64,000 nt of DNA, taken from assembly GCA_947085185.1 (NCBI GenBank), contig CAMTVK010000005.1, forward strand, positions 61,174 through 125,173, in the 5' to 3' direction. The notes beneath the pieces are model-generated. The model did no database searches. It was given only the letters and a program-made list of their open reading frames with translations, and was not told the DNA's origin. This document shows positions 18,606 through 28,580 of this stretch, in pieces. Positions within the stretch are counted from its first letter, which is position 1. Each line of letters begins with the position of its first letter. This DNA is from Candidatus Fraserbacteria bacterium (GTDB lineage: Bacteria; Bipolaricaulota; Bipolaricaulia; RBG-16-55-9; DRXL01). A program made the translations under genes and the position numbers.

Positions 18606-19193
18606 ATGATAGACTTTCTTGAGGGGGAGCTTGTCGAGCTGGCTGAACACTCGCTCGTCTTGGCAGTCAATGGGGTGGGCTATCGTCTGCTCGTCTCCAA
18701 GGCGACCGTGCAAGCGTTGCGCGGCCAGACCGGCTCTGTGAAAGTCTACACACACGTGCACTATACCCAAAACGATCTAGCGCTCTACGGCTTTGCCACA
18801 CCCCAAGAGCGCCAGCTCTTTGAACTCTTAATCTCTGTCTCTGGGGTTGGCCCCAAGGTCGCCATGGGGATTCTCTCCGAGACGACTCCTCAGTACTTTG
18901 CTGAGGCGATCTTACAGAACCGGCGCGATCTCTTAGAGGACGTAAAAGGCGTGGGGCGCAAGACCGCTGAGAGACTGATCGTGGAACTGAAAGAGAAGGT
19001 CGCGCAAATTCCGTTGGGGGGCGAGCCGGCTCTCGCGCCAGCAACGACGCAAGAAGAGCTTGCCGTCAAAGCGCTGACGCGCTCGCTGGGGTTCACCGAG
19101 AGCGAAGCACGCCGTGCGGTCGCACGAGCAAAGGCGACGGGAGCAACAACAACGGAAGAGTTGGTGAAGAAAGCGCTCGCGTTGCTGTCGTAG
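18606..19193 (+). CDS. ruvA: Holliday junction branch migration protein RuvA
   Basis: VNGVGY, LYGF, LISVSGVGPKVA, KGVGRKTAERLIVELKEK. Confidence 0.95.
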   Translation: MIDFLEGELVELAEHSLVLAVNGVGYRLLVSKATVQALRGQTGSVKVYTHVHYTQNDLALYGFATPQERQLFELLISVSGVGPKVAMGILSETTPQYFAEAILQNRRDLLEDVKGVGRKTAERLIVELKEKVAQIPLGGEPALAPATTQEELAVKALTRSLGFTESEARRAVARAKATGATTTEELVKKALALLS

Positions 19194-19241
19194 CAGAACG
19201 GATAGAGCACAGTAGCCCGAGGTGTTTTAAGGAGGTACAGC

Positions 19242-20444
19242 ATGGTCACGCTGTCGTTGCGTCGCACTATACTGATAGCTGGGGTGTTGGGGGTCTTTGG
19301 GCTGACGGCGTGCATCACGGCTGCGGTGCAGCCGGCTCAGCCGCTCGATCCGTGCAGCGTTCAGTTTCCGACAACCGTGCCGCAGCTTGAGTTGCAAAAA
19401 CTTGCGGACGGCTTCACTCGGCCCGTCTATGTCACGCACGCAGGGGACGGGTCGGGACGGCTCTTCGTTGTCGAACAATCCGGACGTATTCTCATCGTTC
19501 GTGACGGCAGGACACTCTCGACGCCATTCTTAGATATTCGCGATCGCGTCGAGTCCGGCGGGGAGAAGGGCCTGCTCAGTGTCGCCTTTCACCCAAAGTA
19601 CAGGGAGAACGGGCGGCTCTTCGTCAACTACACCGGGCGCCGAAAGGGCATACTCAAGACGATCATTGCCGAGTACAGAGTGTCGCCGACAAACCCTGAC
19701 GTCGCCGATCGCGCTGAGAGAGTTCTCTTAGAGATCGAGCAGCCCTTTGAGAATCACAACGGCGGGCTCAACAAATTCGGTCCCGACGGCTTTCTCTATA
19801 TCGGGATGGGCGACGGCGGTGGGGCAGGCGACCCGTTCAATTTCGCGCAGAACTTAGAGTCGCTCTTGGGGAAGTTTTTGCGCATGGATATCGATCATGA
19901 GCCGTATGCGGTCCCTCAAGATAATCCCTTTGTGGGCCGGGAGGGTGCGCGCCCGGAGATCTGGGCCTACGGGCTGAGAAATCCTTGGAGATTTTCGTTC
20001 GATCGGTGCACTGGGCGACTCTTCGCCGGGGACGTCGGGCAGGATCGCATCGAAGAGATTGATCTGATCGAAAAGGGCAAAAACTACGGCTGGCGCATTA
20101 TGGAGGGCTCGCAGTGTTTCGATCCTCCGTCGCTTTGCAATACCCAAGGGCTAGAGCTGCCCATTGCCGAGTACGATCACTCTTTGGGCTGCTCGGTGAC
20201 TGGGGGCTACGTCTATCGCGGGAGGCAATATCCGGCTCTGATCGGGCATTATCTCTTCGGTGACTATTGCAGCGGGCGCATCTGGGCGCTCACTGAAGAC
20301 AGCGCCGGGCGCTGGACCATGCGCCAATTGATAGATTCTCCCTTGAGCATCAGCTCATTCGGTGAGGACGAGCTCGGCGAGCTCTACGTGGTGCACTACG
20401 GGGGAGCGATCTATCGCGTCACGACGAAGTCTGGTTCTACGTAG
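19242..20444 (+). CDS. PQQ-dependent glucose/sorbosone dehydrogenase family lipoprotein
   Basis: Lipobox LTAC; GEKGLLSVAFHP, NHNGG, FGPDG, YGLRNPWRFSFD, NYGW. Confidence 0.92.
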   Translation: MVTLSLRRTILIAGVLGVFGLTACITAAVQPAQPLDPCSVQFPTTVPQLELQKLADGFTRPVYVTHAGDGSGRLFVVEQSGRILIVRDGRTLSTPFLDIRDRVESGGEKGLLSVAFHPKYRENGRLFVNYTGRRKGILKTIIAEYRVSPTNPDVADRAERVLLEIEQPFENHNGGLNKFGPDGFLYIGMGDGGGAGDPFNFAQNLESLLGKFLRMDIDHEPYAVPQDNPFVGREGARPEIWAYGLRNPWRFSFDRCTGRLFAGDVGQDRIEEIDLIEKGKNYGWRIMEGSQCFDPPSLCNTQGLELPIAEYDHSLGCSVTGGYVYRGRQYPALIGHYLFGDYCSGRIWALTEDSAGRWTMRQLIDSPLSISSFGEDELGELYVVHYGGAIYRVTTKSGST

Positions 20445-20466
20445 TTTTCCCCAAATCTCGACCTGG

Positions 20467-20486
20467 TCTCCATAAGTTCTCCATAA
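20467..20486 (+). promoter_or_regulatory. Tandem direct repeat, likely OmpR/BaeR-family operator
   Basis: TCTCCATAA twice at an 11-bp period upstream of the PepSY gene. Confidence 0.65.
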
Positions 20487-20551
20487 TCGCTTGTCATATT
20501 AAGAGTGCCACCCAGAAGATTGGGTGAGCTGACAGAAAGGAGTGAGCTTTG

Positions 20552-20971
20552 ATGAAAAAGCTCTATCTCAGTGGTGGGGCGCTGGTCGTCGCGATGGCGC
20601 TATTGGCGGGCGTGGCGTTCTATTATGCATCAGCCCAGAACCAAACGACCACGGAACAACCGAGGCCTCCAGCTATCATGGGGAGCGTCCAAGCTCCTAG
20701 CCGGGCGTCTCTCTTAGCGAGTCTTGCGAAGATTGATATTCTCAAAGCGATCGAAGTCGCCAAGAGCCAACAAGCCGGAACTGTCATTGGGGCCAATCTG
20801 GGCGAGCGCAATGGCTATGTCGTCTATAACGTTGTCGTCTTGGCTGCTGACGGCAGCTCCGTGCTTGTCATCATTGATGCTGGAAACGGCAACGTCCTGA
20901 GCGTGACCAAACTGCCTCGGGACAGGCGCTTGGGACGTTTCGGTTTTGGCCCTTGGAAGCGTAATTTTTAA
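20552..20971 (+). CDS. PepSY domain secreted protein
   Basis: Signal peptide; AKIDILKAIEVAK, VYNVVV, VIIDAGNGNVL; AAGGAG RBS. Confidence 0.85.
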   Translation: MKKLYLSGGALVVAMALLAGVAFYYASAQNQTTTEQPRPPAIMGSVQAPSRASLLASLAKIDILKAIEVAKSQQAGTVIGANLGERNGYVVYNVVVLAADGSSVLVIIDAGNGNVLSVTKLPRDRRLGRFGFGPWKRNF

Positions 20972-21015
20972 CCAACCTCCGACTGGCCTTCTCCTTCCCC
21001 CACGCTGGAGCGTTC

Positions 21016-21041
21016 GGGAGCCTGCACCAGTGCAGGCTCCC
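21016..21041 (+). terminator. GC-rich hairpin after the PepSY gene
   Basis: GGGAGCCTGCAC-CA-GTGCAGGCTCCC perfect inverted repeat; weak U-tract. Confidence 0.5.
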
Positions 21042-21071
21042 TGACCTTCTCCTCGTATGTATAATAGAAAT

Positions 21072-21752
21072 GTGCACGCTTCGATCTTGGTCGTCGAGGA
21101 CGAAGAGAAGCTCGCGCAGGCGATCGCGCTCTACCTGCGCAATGCCGGGTTTTCTGTGGAGATTGCGCTCGACGGCCAAGCAGCGCTCGAAGCGTTCGCG
21201 CGGTTCAACCCGGATCTGATCGTGCTCGATCTGATGCTCCCCAAAGTCGACGGCTGGACAGTCTGTCACAAAATTCGTCACAGCTCTGACGTGCCTATTA
21301 TTATGCTGACGGCACGGGTGGGCGAGCCCGCGCGCGTCCACGGGTTGGAGCTGGGCGCCGACGATTATCTTGAAAAACCGTTCAGTCTAAGAGAGCTCGT
21401 CGCGCGCATCCACGCTGTGTTGCGTCGCACCGGGAAGAAGAGCCCCATGGTGATACGAGTTGGAGACTTGGGCATCGATTTGGAGAAGCACGAAGTCTTT
21501 GTCAAAGACAGAAAGATCGAGCTGACGGCAAGTGAGTTTGCGCTCTTAGCGTTCATGGCTCAGCATCCCCATCGGGTTTTCACAAGATTGCAGCTTCTTG
21601 ATGCCATGCGCGGCTCCACCTATGAAGTCTCGGAGCGCGCTGTCGATTCGCACATCAAAAACCTGCGCAAGAAGATCGAGCGCAACCCTCAAGAGCCCGA
21701 ATATATTCAGACGGTCTACGGGGTTGGGTATCGCTTTCGGGATGTGGAATGA
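21072..21752 (+). CDS. OmpR/BaeR family response regulator
   Basis: ILVVEDE, LDLMLP, GADDYLEKPF, VDSHIKNLRKK, TVYGVGY; GTG start. Confidence 0.95.
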   Translation: MHASILVVEDEEKLAQAIALYLRNAGFSVEIALDGQAALEAFARFNPDLIVLDLMLPKVDGWTVCHKIRHSSDVPIIMLTARVGEPARVHGLELGADDYLEKPFSLRELVARIHAVLRRTGKKSPMVIRVGDLGIDLEKHEVFVKDRKIELTASEFALLAFMAQHPHRVFTRLQLLDAMRGSTYEVSERAVDSHIKNLRKKIERNPQEPEYIQTVYGVGYRFRDVE

Positions 21753-21756
21753 AGTT

Positions 21757-23133
21757 ATGAGAGCTCTGTGGCAGCGTATTCCGTTTACGTATCAGTTGAT
21801 CGGCGCCTTTGCCGTCGCGACGATCTGCGCGATTGGTATTGTCTATATATTCGCGGATTGGTCTATTCAAGAGCGCTTTCGGGCATACCGAGCGCGCGCT
21901 GCGGCCGTTCAAGCCCGCCCGCTCCAACGCTTCCTGACGAGCTATTATCATCGTTTTGGCAGCTGGGAGGGCTTAAGTGATCTCCTTAACCCTCAGCTGC
22001 AGGAGCTGCCCCCGTTGGAGCAGCCGTTGGTCATCGCCGATGTGACGGGGTTTGTCTTTATTAGTAGCGACCCAAAGCTTGTGGGACGGAAGCTCTCGGA
22101 GCGCGAGCTCTCCGCGGGCGTGCCCATTCGGGTGGGAGGCGAGCGTGTGGGCACGCTCATCATGGCCGTTCCCGCAGGAGCTTTCAACCCCTTGGAACAA
22201 GAGTTCTCCCAATCGGTACGCGAATCTATCGTCTTGGCTGGAGGATTGGCGTTGATCATCGCGTTGGGGTTGGGGGTGCTCTTCGTGCGGCGGCTAGCGC
22301 GCCCGTTAGAAGAGCTGCGCGCTGCGGCAGAACAGATCTCCCAAGGGAGATTGGAACCGCGGGTGAGCATCACCAGCAACGATGAGCTCGGGCGCTTGGG
22401 AGAGACTTTTAATCAGATGGCCGAGAGCTTGCAGCGCTCTGAGCGCCTGCGCCGCCAGCTTATCTTAGATATTGCTCACGAGTTGCGCAACCCCCTGATG
22501 ATTCAGCAGAGTCACCTAGAGCTCCTCTTGGATAACGTCGTTGCCCCCACCCCGCAGCAGCTCCAGACGATCTACGAACAGAATCTTTTGTTAGGGCGTC
22601 TGGTGCGCGATTTGCAGCTCTTGGCTCTCGCTGATGCTGGGGAACTCCAAATCGTGCGCATCCCGACCATGCTCCCTGAGATCCTCCAGAAAGTAGTCGC
22701 GCATATGCGCCCTGCTCTCGAAGAGAAACAGATCACTCTCGAAGCCCAGATCTCTCCTGATCTGCCGACGGTAGCTGTCGACCCGCAGCGCATCGAGCAA
22801 GTGTTATTAAATCTTTTAGACAACGCCTGTCGGTACACGCTGCCTGGGGGGAAGATCGTGCTGTCTGCGCACAGGGAAGACGACGCTGTTCACGTCTGTG
22901 TGCGCGATCAGGGGCCGGGGATCGCCCCTGAGGATCTGCCCCATATCTTTGAGAGATTCTATCGTGGGGACAAATCCCGGACGCGCGCCAGCGGCGGGAC
23001 GGGCCTGGGGCTCTCCATCGCGAAAGCTCTCATAGAGGCGCATGGGGGCAGAATTGGAGCAGAAAACGCTCCGCAGGGCGGGGCGTGTGTGCACTTCACG
23101 CTGCCGATTGCGGACACGGCCTCTCAGCGTTAG
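21757..23133 (+). CDS. BaeS-like sensor histidine kinase (HAMP-HisKA-HATPase)
   Basis: Two TM helices, [31 protein letters not shown]. Confidence 0.95.
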   Translation: MRALWQRIPFTYQLIGAFAVATICAIGIVYIFADWSIQERFRAYRARAAAVQARPLQRFLTSYYHRFGSWEGLSDLLNPQLQELPPLEQPLVIADVTGFVFISSDPKLVGRKLSERELSAGVPIRVGGERVGTLIMAVPAGAFNPLEQEFSQSVRESIVLAGGLALIIALGLGVLFVRRLARPLEELRAAAEQISQGRLEPRVSITSNDELGRLGETFNQMAESLQRSERLRRQLILDIAHELRNPLMIQQSHLELLLDNVVAPTPQQLQTIYEQNLLLGRLVRDLQLLALADAGELQIVRIPTMLPEILQKVVAHMRPALEEKQITLEAQISPDLPTVAVDPQRIEQVLLNLLDNACRYTLPGGKIVLSAHREDDAVHVCVRDQGPGIAPEDLPHIFERFYRGDKSRTRASGGTGLGLSIAKALIEAHGGRIGAENAPQGGACVHFTLPIADTASQR

Positions 23134-23143
23134 AATAGTTTTT

Positions 23144-23701
23144 ATGAGAGCTGCACAATACACCGTCCATCATACGACCATACTAGCTATTCGCTGCGCG
23201 CAGGAGCGCTGCGCTGTGATCGCTTCCGACGGCCAAGCGACCCTTAATAATATTGTCTTAAAAAGCACGGCGAAGAAAGTCCGCAAGATCTATAACGATC
23301 AGGTCCTAGTGGGCTTTGCCGGCGCGACCGCCGATGCGATCACGCTCTTTGAGCGCTTTGAGCACAAGCTGAAAGAGTGTAGTGGGAACCTCAAGCGCGC
23401 TGCGGTCGAGCTCACCAAGGATTGGCGGACGGATCGCGTCTTACGGCGTCTCGAAGCGGTGATGGCCGTTGCTAACCCCGAGGCGCTGCTGCTCATCTCT
23501 GGTGCTGGCGATGTCATTGAGCCCGATGACGAGATGATCGGCCTGGGGTCTGGGGGAGCGTATGCGCTCGCTGCTGCCAAGGCCCTGCGCCAGAACACCG
23601 CGCTCCCCATAGAAGAGATCGCTCGAAAATCCCTAGAGATCGCGGGATCGCTCGATATCTACACCAATCAGCATATCTCCATAGAAAAACTTGAGTGGTG
23701 A
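23144..23701 (+). CDS. hslV: HslV protease subunit
   Basis: [43 protein letters not shown]. Confidence 0.95.
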   Translation: MRAAQYTVHHTTILAIRCAQERCAVIASDGQATLNNIVLKSTAKKVRKIYNDQVLVGFAGATADAITLFERFEHKLKECSGNLKRAAVELTKDWRTDRVLRRLEAVMAVANPEALLLISGAGDVIEPDDEMIGLGSGGAYALAAAKALRQNTALPIEEIARKSLEIAGSLDIYTNQHISIEKLEW

Positions 23702-25092
23702 GACCGATGGCAGAGATTATAGAGATCAACCCGTTGGTGCACGAGCGCACAAGAGAGCTTTCTCCGCGAGAGATCGTGGCAGAGCTCGATCGATATATCA
23801 TTGGACAAGAGCAAGCCAAGCGAGCGGTGGCCATCGCTTTGCGCAATCGTGTGCGTCGGATGCGCGTGACCGATCCCATCCGTAAAGAGATTCTCCCCAA
23901 GAATATCTTGATGATCGGTCCCACGGGGGTAGGCAAGACCGAGATCTCGCGGAGGCTCGCGAGCTTAGTCAAGGCCCCGTTTCTCAAAGTTGAAGCAACG
24001 AAATACACCGAGGTCGGCTATGTAGGGCGCGACGTCGAGTCTATGGTGCGCGATCTGGTCGAGATCAGTATGCACATGGTGCGTCAGGAAGCGATCGCGT
24101 TGGTGCAGGGGGAGGCGGAGCGCGCTGTGGAGGAGCGTATTTTAGATGCGCTCGTTGGTGCCGCACCCGTTGGCGCTGACGAGGAGCGCCGTGCTTCGTG
24201 GCAGCACACCCGCGAAAAGTTCCGCGAGAGGCTTCGGGCGGGCCAGCTCGAAGAGCATTATATTGAGATTCGGGTGAAGCGCGAGTCGCCGTTCTCCCAA
24301 GTCAATGTTTTTTCGCCGGAGGGCGTCGAGCAGATGGGCGTGGACATGGGGGAGCTCTTAGAAAAATTCATGCCGCCGGTCTTCGTCACCAAGCGTTTGA
24401 AGATCAAAGAAGCCCGCGAGGTGCTCTTCAATCAAGAAGCTGACAAGCTCATTAATCACGACGAAGTCAAGCGTCAAGCCCTCCAGCGTGCTGAAGAATC
24501 GGGGATTATCTTCATAGACGAGATAGACAAGATTGCTGCAGGGGGGCGTGAGGAGCGCTGGGGGCCTGGGGTGTCACGACAGGGGGTGCAACGGGATCTC
24601 TTGCCTATCTTAGAGGGCTCAGCAGTGCGCACGCGCTACGGCACCATCCGGACTGATAATATCTTGTTCATCGCGGCGGGTGCTTTCACGATGGCCAAGC
24701 CCTCGGATCTCATCCCGGAGCTCCAAGGGCGATTGCCCATCCGTGTTGAGCTCAAGCCCCTCAGTAAAGACGACTTCCGCAGAATTCTCAAAGAGCCCGC
24801 TGATGCGCTCACCAAACAATATCAAGCGCTGATGGCCACAGAAGGGTTGCGCCTTGAGTTCACAGACGACGCGCTCGATGCGATCGCTGAGATCGCATTT
24901 CGTCTCAACGAAAGACTTGAGAACATCGGGGCGCGGCGACTCCATACTGTGATGGAGAAGCTCATGGAAGATATTGCGTTTGAGACGTGCGATCTGCCGG
25001 AGCCCAAGACGTTCACGATCGACGCTGCGTATGTTCAAGCGAAGCTCAAGGGCATCGTCGAAGACGTTGACCTGAGCCGATATATTCTGTGA
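23695..25092 (+). CDS. hslU: HslU ATPase subunit
   Basis: [43 protein letters not shown]. Confidence 0.97.
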   Translation: MVRPMAEIIEINPLVHERTRELSPREIVAELDRYIIGQEQAKRAVAIALRNRVRRMRVTDPIRKEILPKNILMIGPTGVGKTEISRRLASLVKAPFLKVEATKYTEVGYVGRDVESMVRDLVEISMHMVRQEAIALVQGEAERAVEERILDALVGAAPVGADEERRASWQHTREKFRERLRAGQLEEHYIEIRVKRESPFSQVNVFSPEGVEQMGVDMGELLEKFMPPVFVTKRLKIKEAREVLFNQEADKLINHDEVKRQALQRAEESGIIFIDEIDKIAAGGREERWGPGVSRQGVQRDLLPILEGSAVRTRYGTIRTDNILFIAAGAFTMAKPSDLIPELQGRLPIRVELKPLSKDDFRRILKEPADALTKQYQALMATEGLRLEFTDDALDAIAEIAFRLNERLENIGARRLHTVMEKLMEDIAFETCDLPEPKTFTIDAAYVQAKLKGIVEDVDLSRYIL

Positions 25093-25238
25093 CTCGTCGC
25101 AGGAAGTGTGAGGACAGCAACGTGCCAAGCAAGGAACCGTCTTATTTCGAGACCTAGCTAAGCTGTGACCTTCACGTTTAGTGGGCTCGCACTATGTGTG
25201 GTAAGGCCATAACTCCTTAATTAAGGAAGGTGAGGTCC

Positions 25239-25910
25239 ATGAATGAGAAAGCAAGATTAATCGGCTTATTCTTCGCAGCAGCGGGTGTAGTCGGGATCAG
25301 CTCTTATCTCGTCTTGCAGGCTTCCGTAGGTGTCTATGGGGGGTGGGTATTGCTGGCTCTCGCTTGGCTGGTGATGATTTTCAGTATGAGGGCATACTTA
25401 TCTAAGACACAGGCTGTGCTGGCAACTTTGGCGGCGTCGATATGGTTATCTGCAGGATCCTTCATAGCGAGTGCTTTTCATGACACTCCGGCAGCCTGGT
25501 TCTTTCTCATAGCTGCTGTTGTGAGCCTGCTCATGATCCCCTTGGTAGTCAAATATCTAAGCTCAAATCAGGCTGGGGAGAGCCCAGAAGTATCAGAGCC
25601 TTGTGAAGGCTCTGCACGATGGCTTCTCGTGGGTGTGCAATGGCTCTTTGTAGGAGTAGCAGCTATACTCCTTGTCTATGCAGGCTATCTGGGTTGGCGT
25701 GTTTGGGCTCGATTATCCGAGAATGTTCTGATACTTGCTACGGTTGCGCTCATTCTCTTGATCGTTTTCAGTATGTCGATTAGTGGGGTCAAGAAGAACC
25801 CGCAACACTGGCTTTCCAGGGAGGGTCTATTCACTCTCTCTAGATTTTTGAACAACCTACTCGTTCCGGCTACTTTAATTTTACTGTTGCTCAACTTTAT
25901 GACAAAGTAG
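25239..25910 (+). CDS. Hypothetical multi-pass membrane protein (AT-richer, likely acquired)
   Basis: About 7 hydrophobic segments; GAGG RBS; base composition visibly differs from neighbours. Confidence 0.65.
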   Translation: MNEKARLIGLFFAAAGVVGISSYLVLQASVGVYGGWVLLALAWLVMIFSMRAYLSKTQAVLATLAASIWLSAGSFIASAFHDTPAAWFFLIAAVVSLLMIPLVVKYLSSNQAGESPEVSEPCEGSARWLLVGVQWLFVGVAAILLVYAGYLGWRVWARLSENVLILATVALILLIVFSMSISGVKKNPQHWLSREGLFTLSRFLNNLLVPATLILLLLNFMTK

Positions 25911-26460
25911 CTCTATTGAATCGGTTCATCATCGTCTCGATATCTGTCTGCACAAAGCACTCGATCGCATCGGCCGCACGAGAGAGGATCTCCGGGAGCT
26001 TCTCCTGCTCTGCGGCCGTGAATTCCCCAAGGACATAGTCGGTCAGCTCCCCAATGGGCTGCTCCGTCCCGATGCCCACCCGAAGCCGGGGAATATCTTC
26101 GGTCTGCAGTTCAGCAACGACGGACTCCATGCCGTGATGGCCCCCAGCTCCTCCTCTCTTGCGGGCCCGCAACCTCCCAAATGGGATGTCTACGTCGTCA
26201 TAGACAATGAGAAAATCTTGCGGCACAATCGAATATATCTGACAGATCTCCCTCACGGCGACGCCGCTGACGTTCATATAGACAGCCGGCTCGACAACAA
26301 GCACCCGATCGCCTATGCGATAGACGATCGAGAAATCGTGCTCAGTCTTTGGAAGCTGGGTGAAGCGTTCAAGGAACGAGCGCACGGCCAGCCGACCGAT
26401 ATTGTGGCGCGTGCGCTCGTATCGTTTTCCGGGGTTGCCTAAGCCAACGACGGCCTTCAC
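25897..26460 (-). CDS. pth: Peptidyl-tRNA hydrolase
   Basis: VGLGNPG, TRHNIG, YMNVSG, DD, GGHHG, RLRVGIG. Confidence 0.96.
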   Translation of the reverse strand: MKAVVGLGNPGKRYERTRHNIGRLAVRSFLERFTQLPKTEHDFSIVYRIGDRVLVVEPAVYMNVSGVAVREICQIYSIVPQDFLIVYDDVDIPFGRLRARKRGGAGGHHGMESVVAELQTEDIPRLRVGIGTEQPIGELTDYVLGEFTAAEQEKLPEILSRAADAIECFVQTDIETMMNRFNRATLS

Positions 26461-26465
26461 AGGAA

Positions 26466-27185
26466 TTATTTCTTGGCTTTCTCTTTCTCGGGCTTCTTCT
26501 CTTCGGCTTTGGCTGGGGCAGCAACTTTCTTTTCCGCACCGGTGGCCAGGGGCGCTGCGCCGCCTGCTGGGGCCGCGCCTTCCGCAGGAGCTGCGCCAGG
26601 CACGGCGCCCTCTGCCGTCGGCACCGCCGCGGCTACAACTTCCTCCTCCTTGCGCGGCGCCACGACCGTCACGATGGCTGCCTCCCCAGGTGTCAACACC
26701 TGCACGCCTTCGATCTTCAATTCGTTCACGTGTACCGCTTCCCCGATGCCCAGATTCGTAATGTCTATCTCGATCACTTCTGGGATATTCTCTGCCATCC
26801 CGCGCACTTTCACGACGTCGCGCAGGACCTGAAGGACGCCGCCCTCCTTGCGTCCCTTGGGTTCGCCGCGCAGCCGCACCGGAACTTCTATGGTCACTGG
26901 CCGATCCGGCGCAGGATGATACAAATCAATATGGATCACGCGGTCCGTCAACGGATCATACTGAATCTCTTTGATGAACGTCAGGAATTGCTTGCCGTTC
27001 AGCTCCAACGTGATCCGTGAGCTGCGCGTGATGCGCGCCAGCACCTTCTCTAGCTCTTTGGCGTTGAGAGCGATGGGCTGATGGATCTCGTGTCCGTAGA
27101 GCACGCCCGGAATGCGCCCTTGACGACGGAGCGCACGCGGGTTGGGCTTCGTCCCCCGTGGCTCAGCTTCTATAGTGTATGACAT
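26466..27185 (-). CDS. rplY: 50S ribosomal protein L25/CTC
   Basis: LRRQGRIPGVLYG, KEIQYDP, HIDL, GRKEGG, IPEVIEIDIT. Confidence 0.95.
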   Translation of the reverse strand: MSYTIEAEPRGTKPNPRALRRQGRIPGVLYGHEIHQPIALNAKELEKVLARITRSSRITLELNGKQFLTFIKEIQYDPLTDRVIHIDLYHPAPDRPVTIEVPVRLRGEPKGRKEGGVLQVLRDVVKVRGMAENIPEVIEIDITNLGIGEAVHVNELKIEGVQVLTPGEAAIVTVVAPRKEEEVVAAAVPTAEGAVPGAAPAEGAAPAGGAAPLATGAEKKVAAPAKAEEKKPEKEKAKK

Positions 27186-27211
27186 AAGAACCTCCCAGTT
27201 TGAGCTAATTT

Positions 27212-28147
27212 TTAATAATGCGGAAACATTTCGCTCACAGACTCTTCAGCGTGAATGCGCTTGATCGTCTCGGCGAGCAGCACCCCGACCGAGATCGCTT
27301 CGATCTTTGGGCTAGAGGGCACGGGGATCGTATTGGTCACTACGATCTTCTTCACCGGGGAGGCCTCTAAGCGCGGCACGGCGTCACCGGCAAAGACTCC
27401 GTGGGTGAACGCTGCCACGACCTCGCGCGCGCCAAATTCGAGTAATAAATTCGTGGCTTCGATCACGGTGTTGCCGGTCGCAAGAATATCGTCCACTAAG
27501 ATGGCGCGCTTGCCCTTGACGTCCCCAATGATATTGAGTGCCCGGACTTCCGTGGGGCTGATCCGGCTCTTCTCCACGATAGCGAGGGGCAGGTCGAGGC
27601 GCTCGGCGACGGCACGAGCGCGCTTGGCCGCTCCGACATCGGGCGCAATGATCACCGTGTCTTCCAAATTCTGATGGCGAAAATAATCAGCCAAGATCGG
27701 ATCTCCTCGCAAATTGTCTACAGGGATATCGAAAAATCCCTGGATCTGTCCTGCGGGGAGATCCAGCGTTAAGACCCTATCGGCTCCCGCGGTGACGATC
27801 ATATTGGCAACGAGCTTGGCGCTGATAGGCACGCGCCCGATATGTTTTCTATCTTGGCGGGCGTAGCCATAGTACGGGATCACCGCGGTGATGCGCTCCG
27901 CGGACGCGCGCTTGAGCGCGTCAATGATCAAGAGAAGCTCCATAAGATGATCGTTCACCGGAGGACAGGTGGACTGGAGCACGCAGACATCAGCTCCACG
28001 CACGGTCTCTTTGATATGGACGTTGACTTCGCCATCAGGGAAGCGGCTCACGTCTGCGTCGGTGAGCCTGATGCCAAGATGTTCGCTGATCTCCTGAGCC
28101 AAAGCGCGATTGGCGTTCCCTGCGATGAGCTTTAGGTCGTTTTGCAC
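27212..28147 (-). CDS. prs: Ribose-phosphate pyrophosphokinase
   Basis: FPDGE, PYYGYARQDRK, QIQGFFD, PDVGA, VDDILATG; GTG start. Confidence 0.96.
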   Translation of the reverse strand: MQNDLKLIAGNANRALAQEISEHLGIRLTDADVSRFPDGEVNVHIKETVRGADVCVLQSTCPPVNDHLMELLLIIDALKRASAERITAVIPYYGYARQDRKHIGRVPISAKLVANMIVTAGADRVLTLDLPAGQIQGFFDIPVDNLRGDPILADYFRHQNLEDTVIIAPDVGAAKRARAVAERLDLPLAIVEKSRISPTEVRALNIIGDVKGKRAILVDDILATGNTVIEATNLLLEFGAREVVAAFTHGVFAGDAVPRLEASPVKKIVVTNTIPVPSSPKIEAISVGVLLAETIKRIHAEESVSEMFPHY

Positions 28148-28165
28148 GCCGCCAATATAGCACAT

Positions 28166-28576
28166 TTAAGGCTTGTGTGCAATCAGCCGATGCATTTCGT
28201 CCAGAGGGCGCTTTGGGGAAGTGTAGATGATCGAGTGCATGGAGCCGCCACCGTCATTGGGGAAGCGCGGAATGATATGAACATGCAGATGGGGGACGGC
28301 TTGCCCGGCAGCGCGCCCGTCGTTCATCCCTATATTGAACGCCGGAGCCCCAAGGGCACCAGCGAGGCGCCCCGCGACTTTCTGCACTGTTTGGAAGAGC
28401 CGGCCCACAAGCTCTGGGGAGAGCTCCGAGAGCCGTTCTGCGTGCGCTTTGGGGATGACGAGCGTATGGCCATCGGTCATGGGGTGGATATCGAGAAACG
28501 CGAGAGTCTCTGAGTCTTCGTAAATCTTATGGGCGGGGAGCTCCCCGCGCACGATCCGACAGAAGACGCAATTCAT
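28166..28576 (-). CDS. HIT family hydrolase
   Basis: CVFC, AFLDIHP, GHTLVIPK, GQAVPHLHVHIIPR. Confidence 0.95.
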   Translation of the reverse strand: MNCVFCRIVRGELPAHKIYEDSETLAFLDIHPMTDGHTLVIPKAHAERLSELSPELVGRLFQTVQKVAGRLAGALGAPAFNIGMNDGRAAGQAVPHLHVHIIPRFPNDGGGSMHSIIYTSPKRPLDEMHRLIAHKP

Positions 28577-28580
28577 AGTC

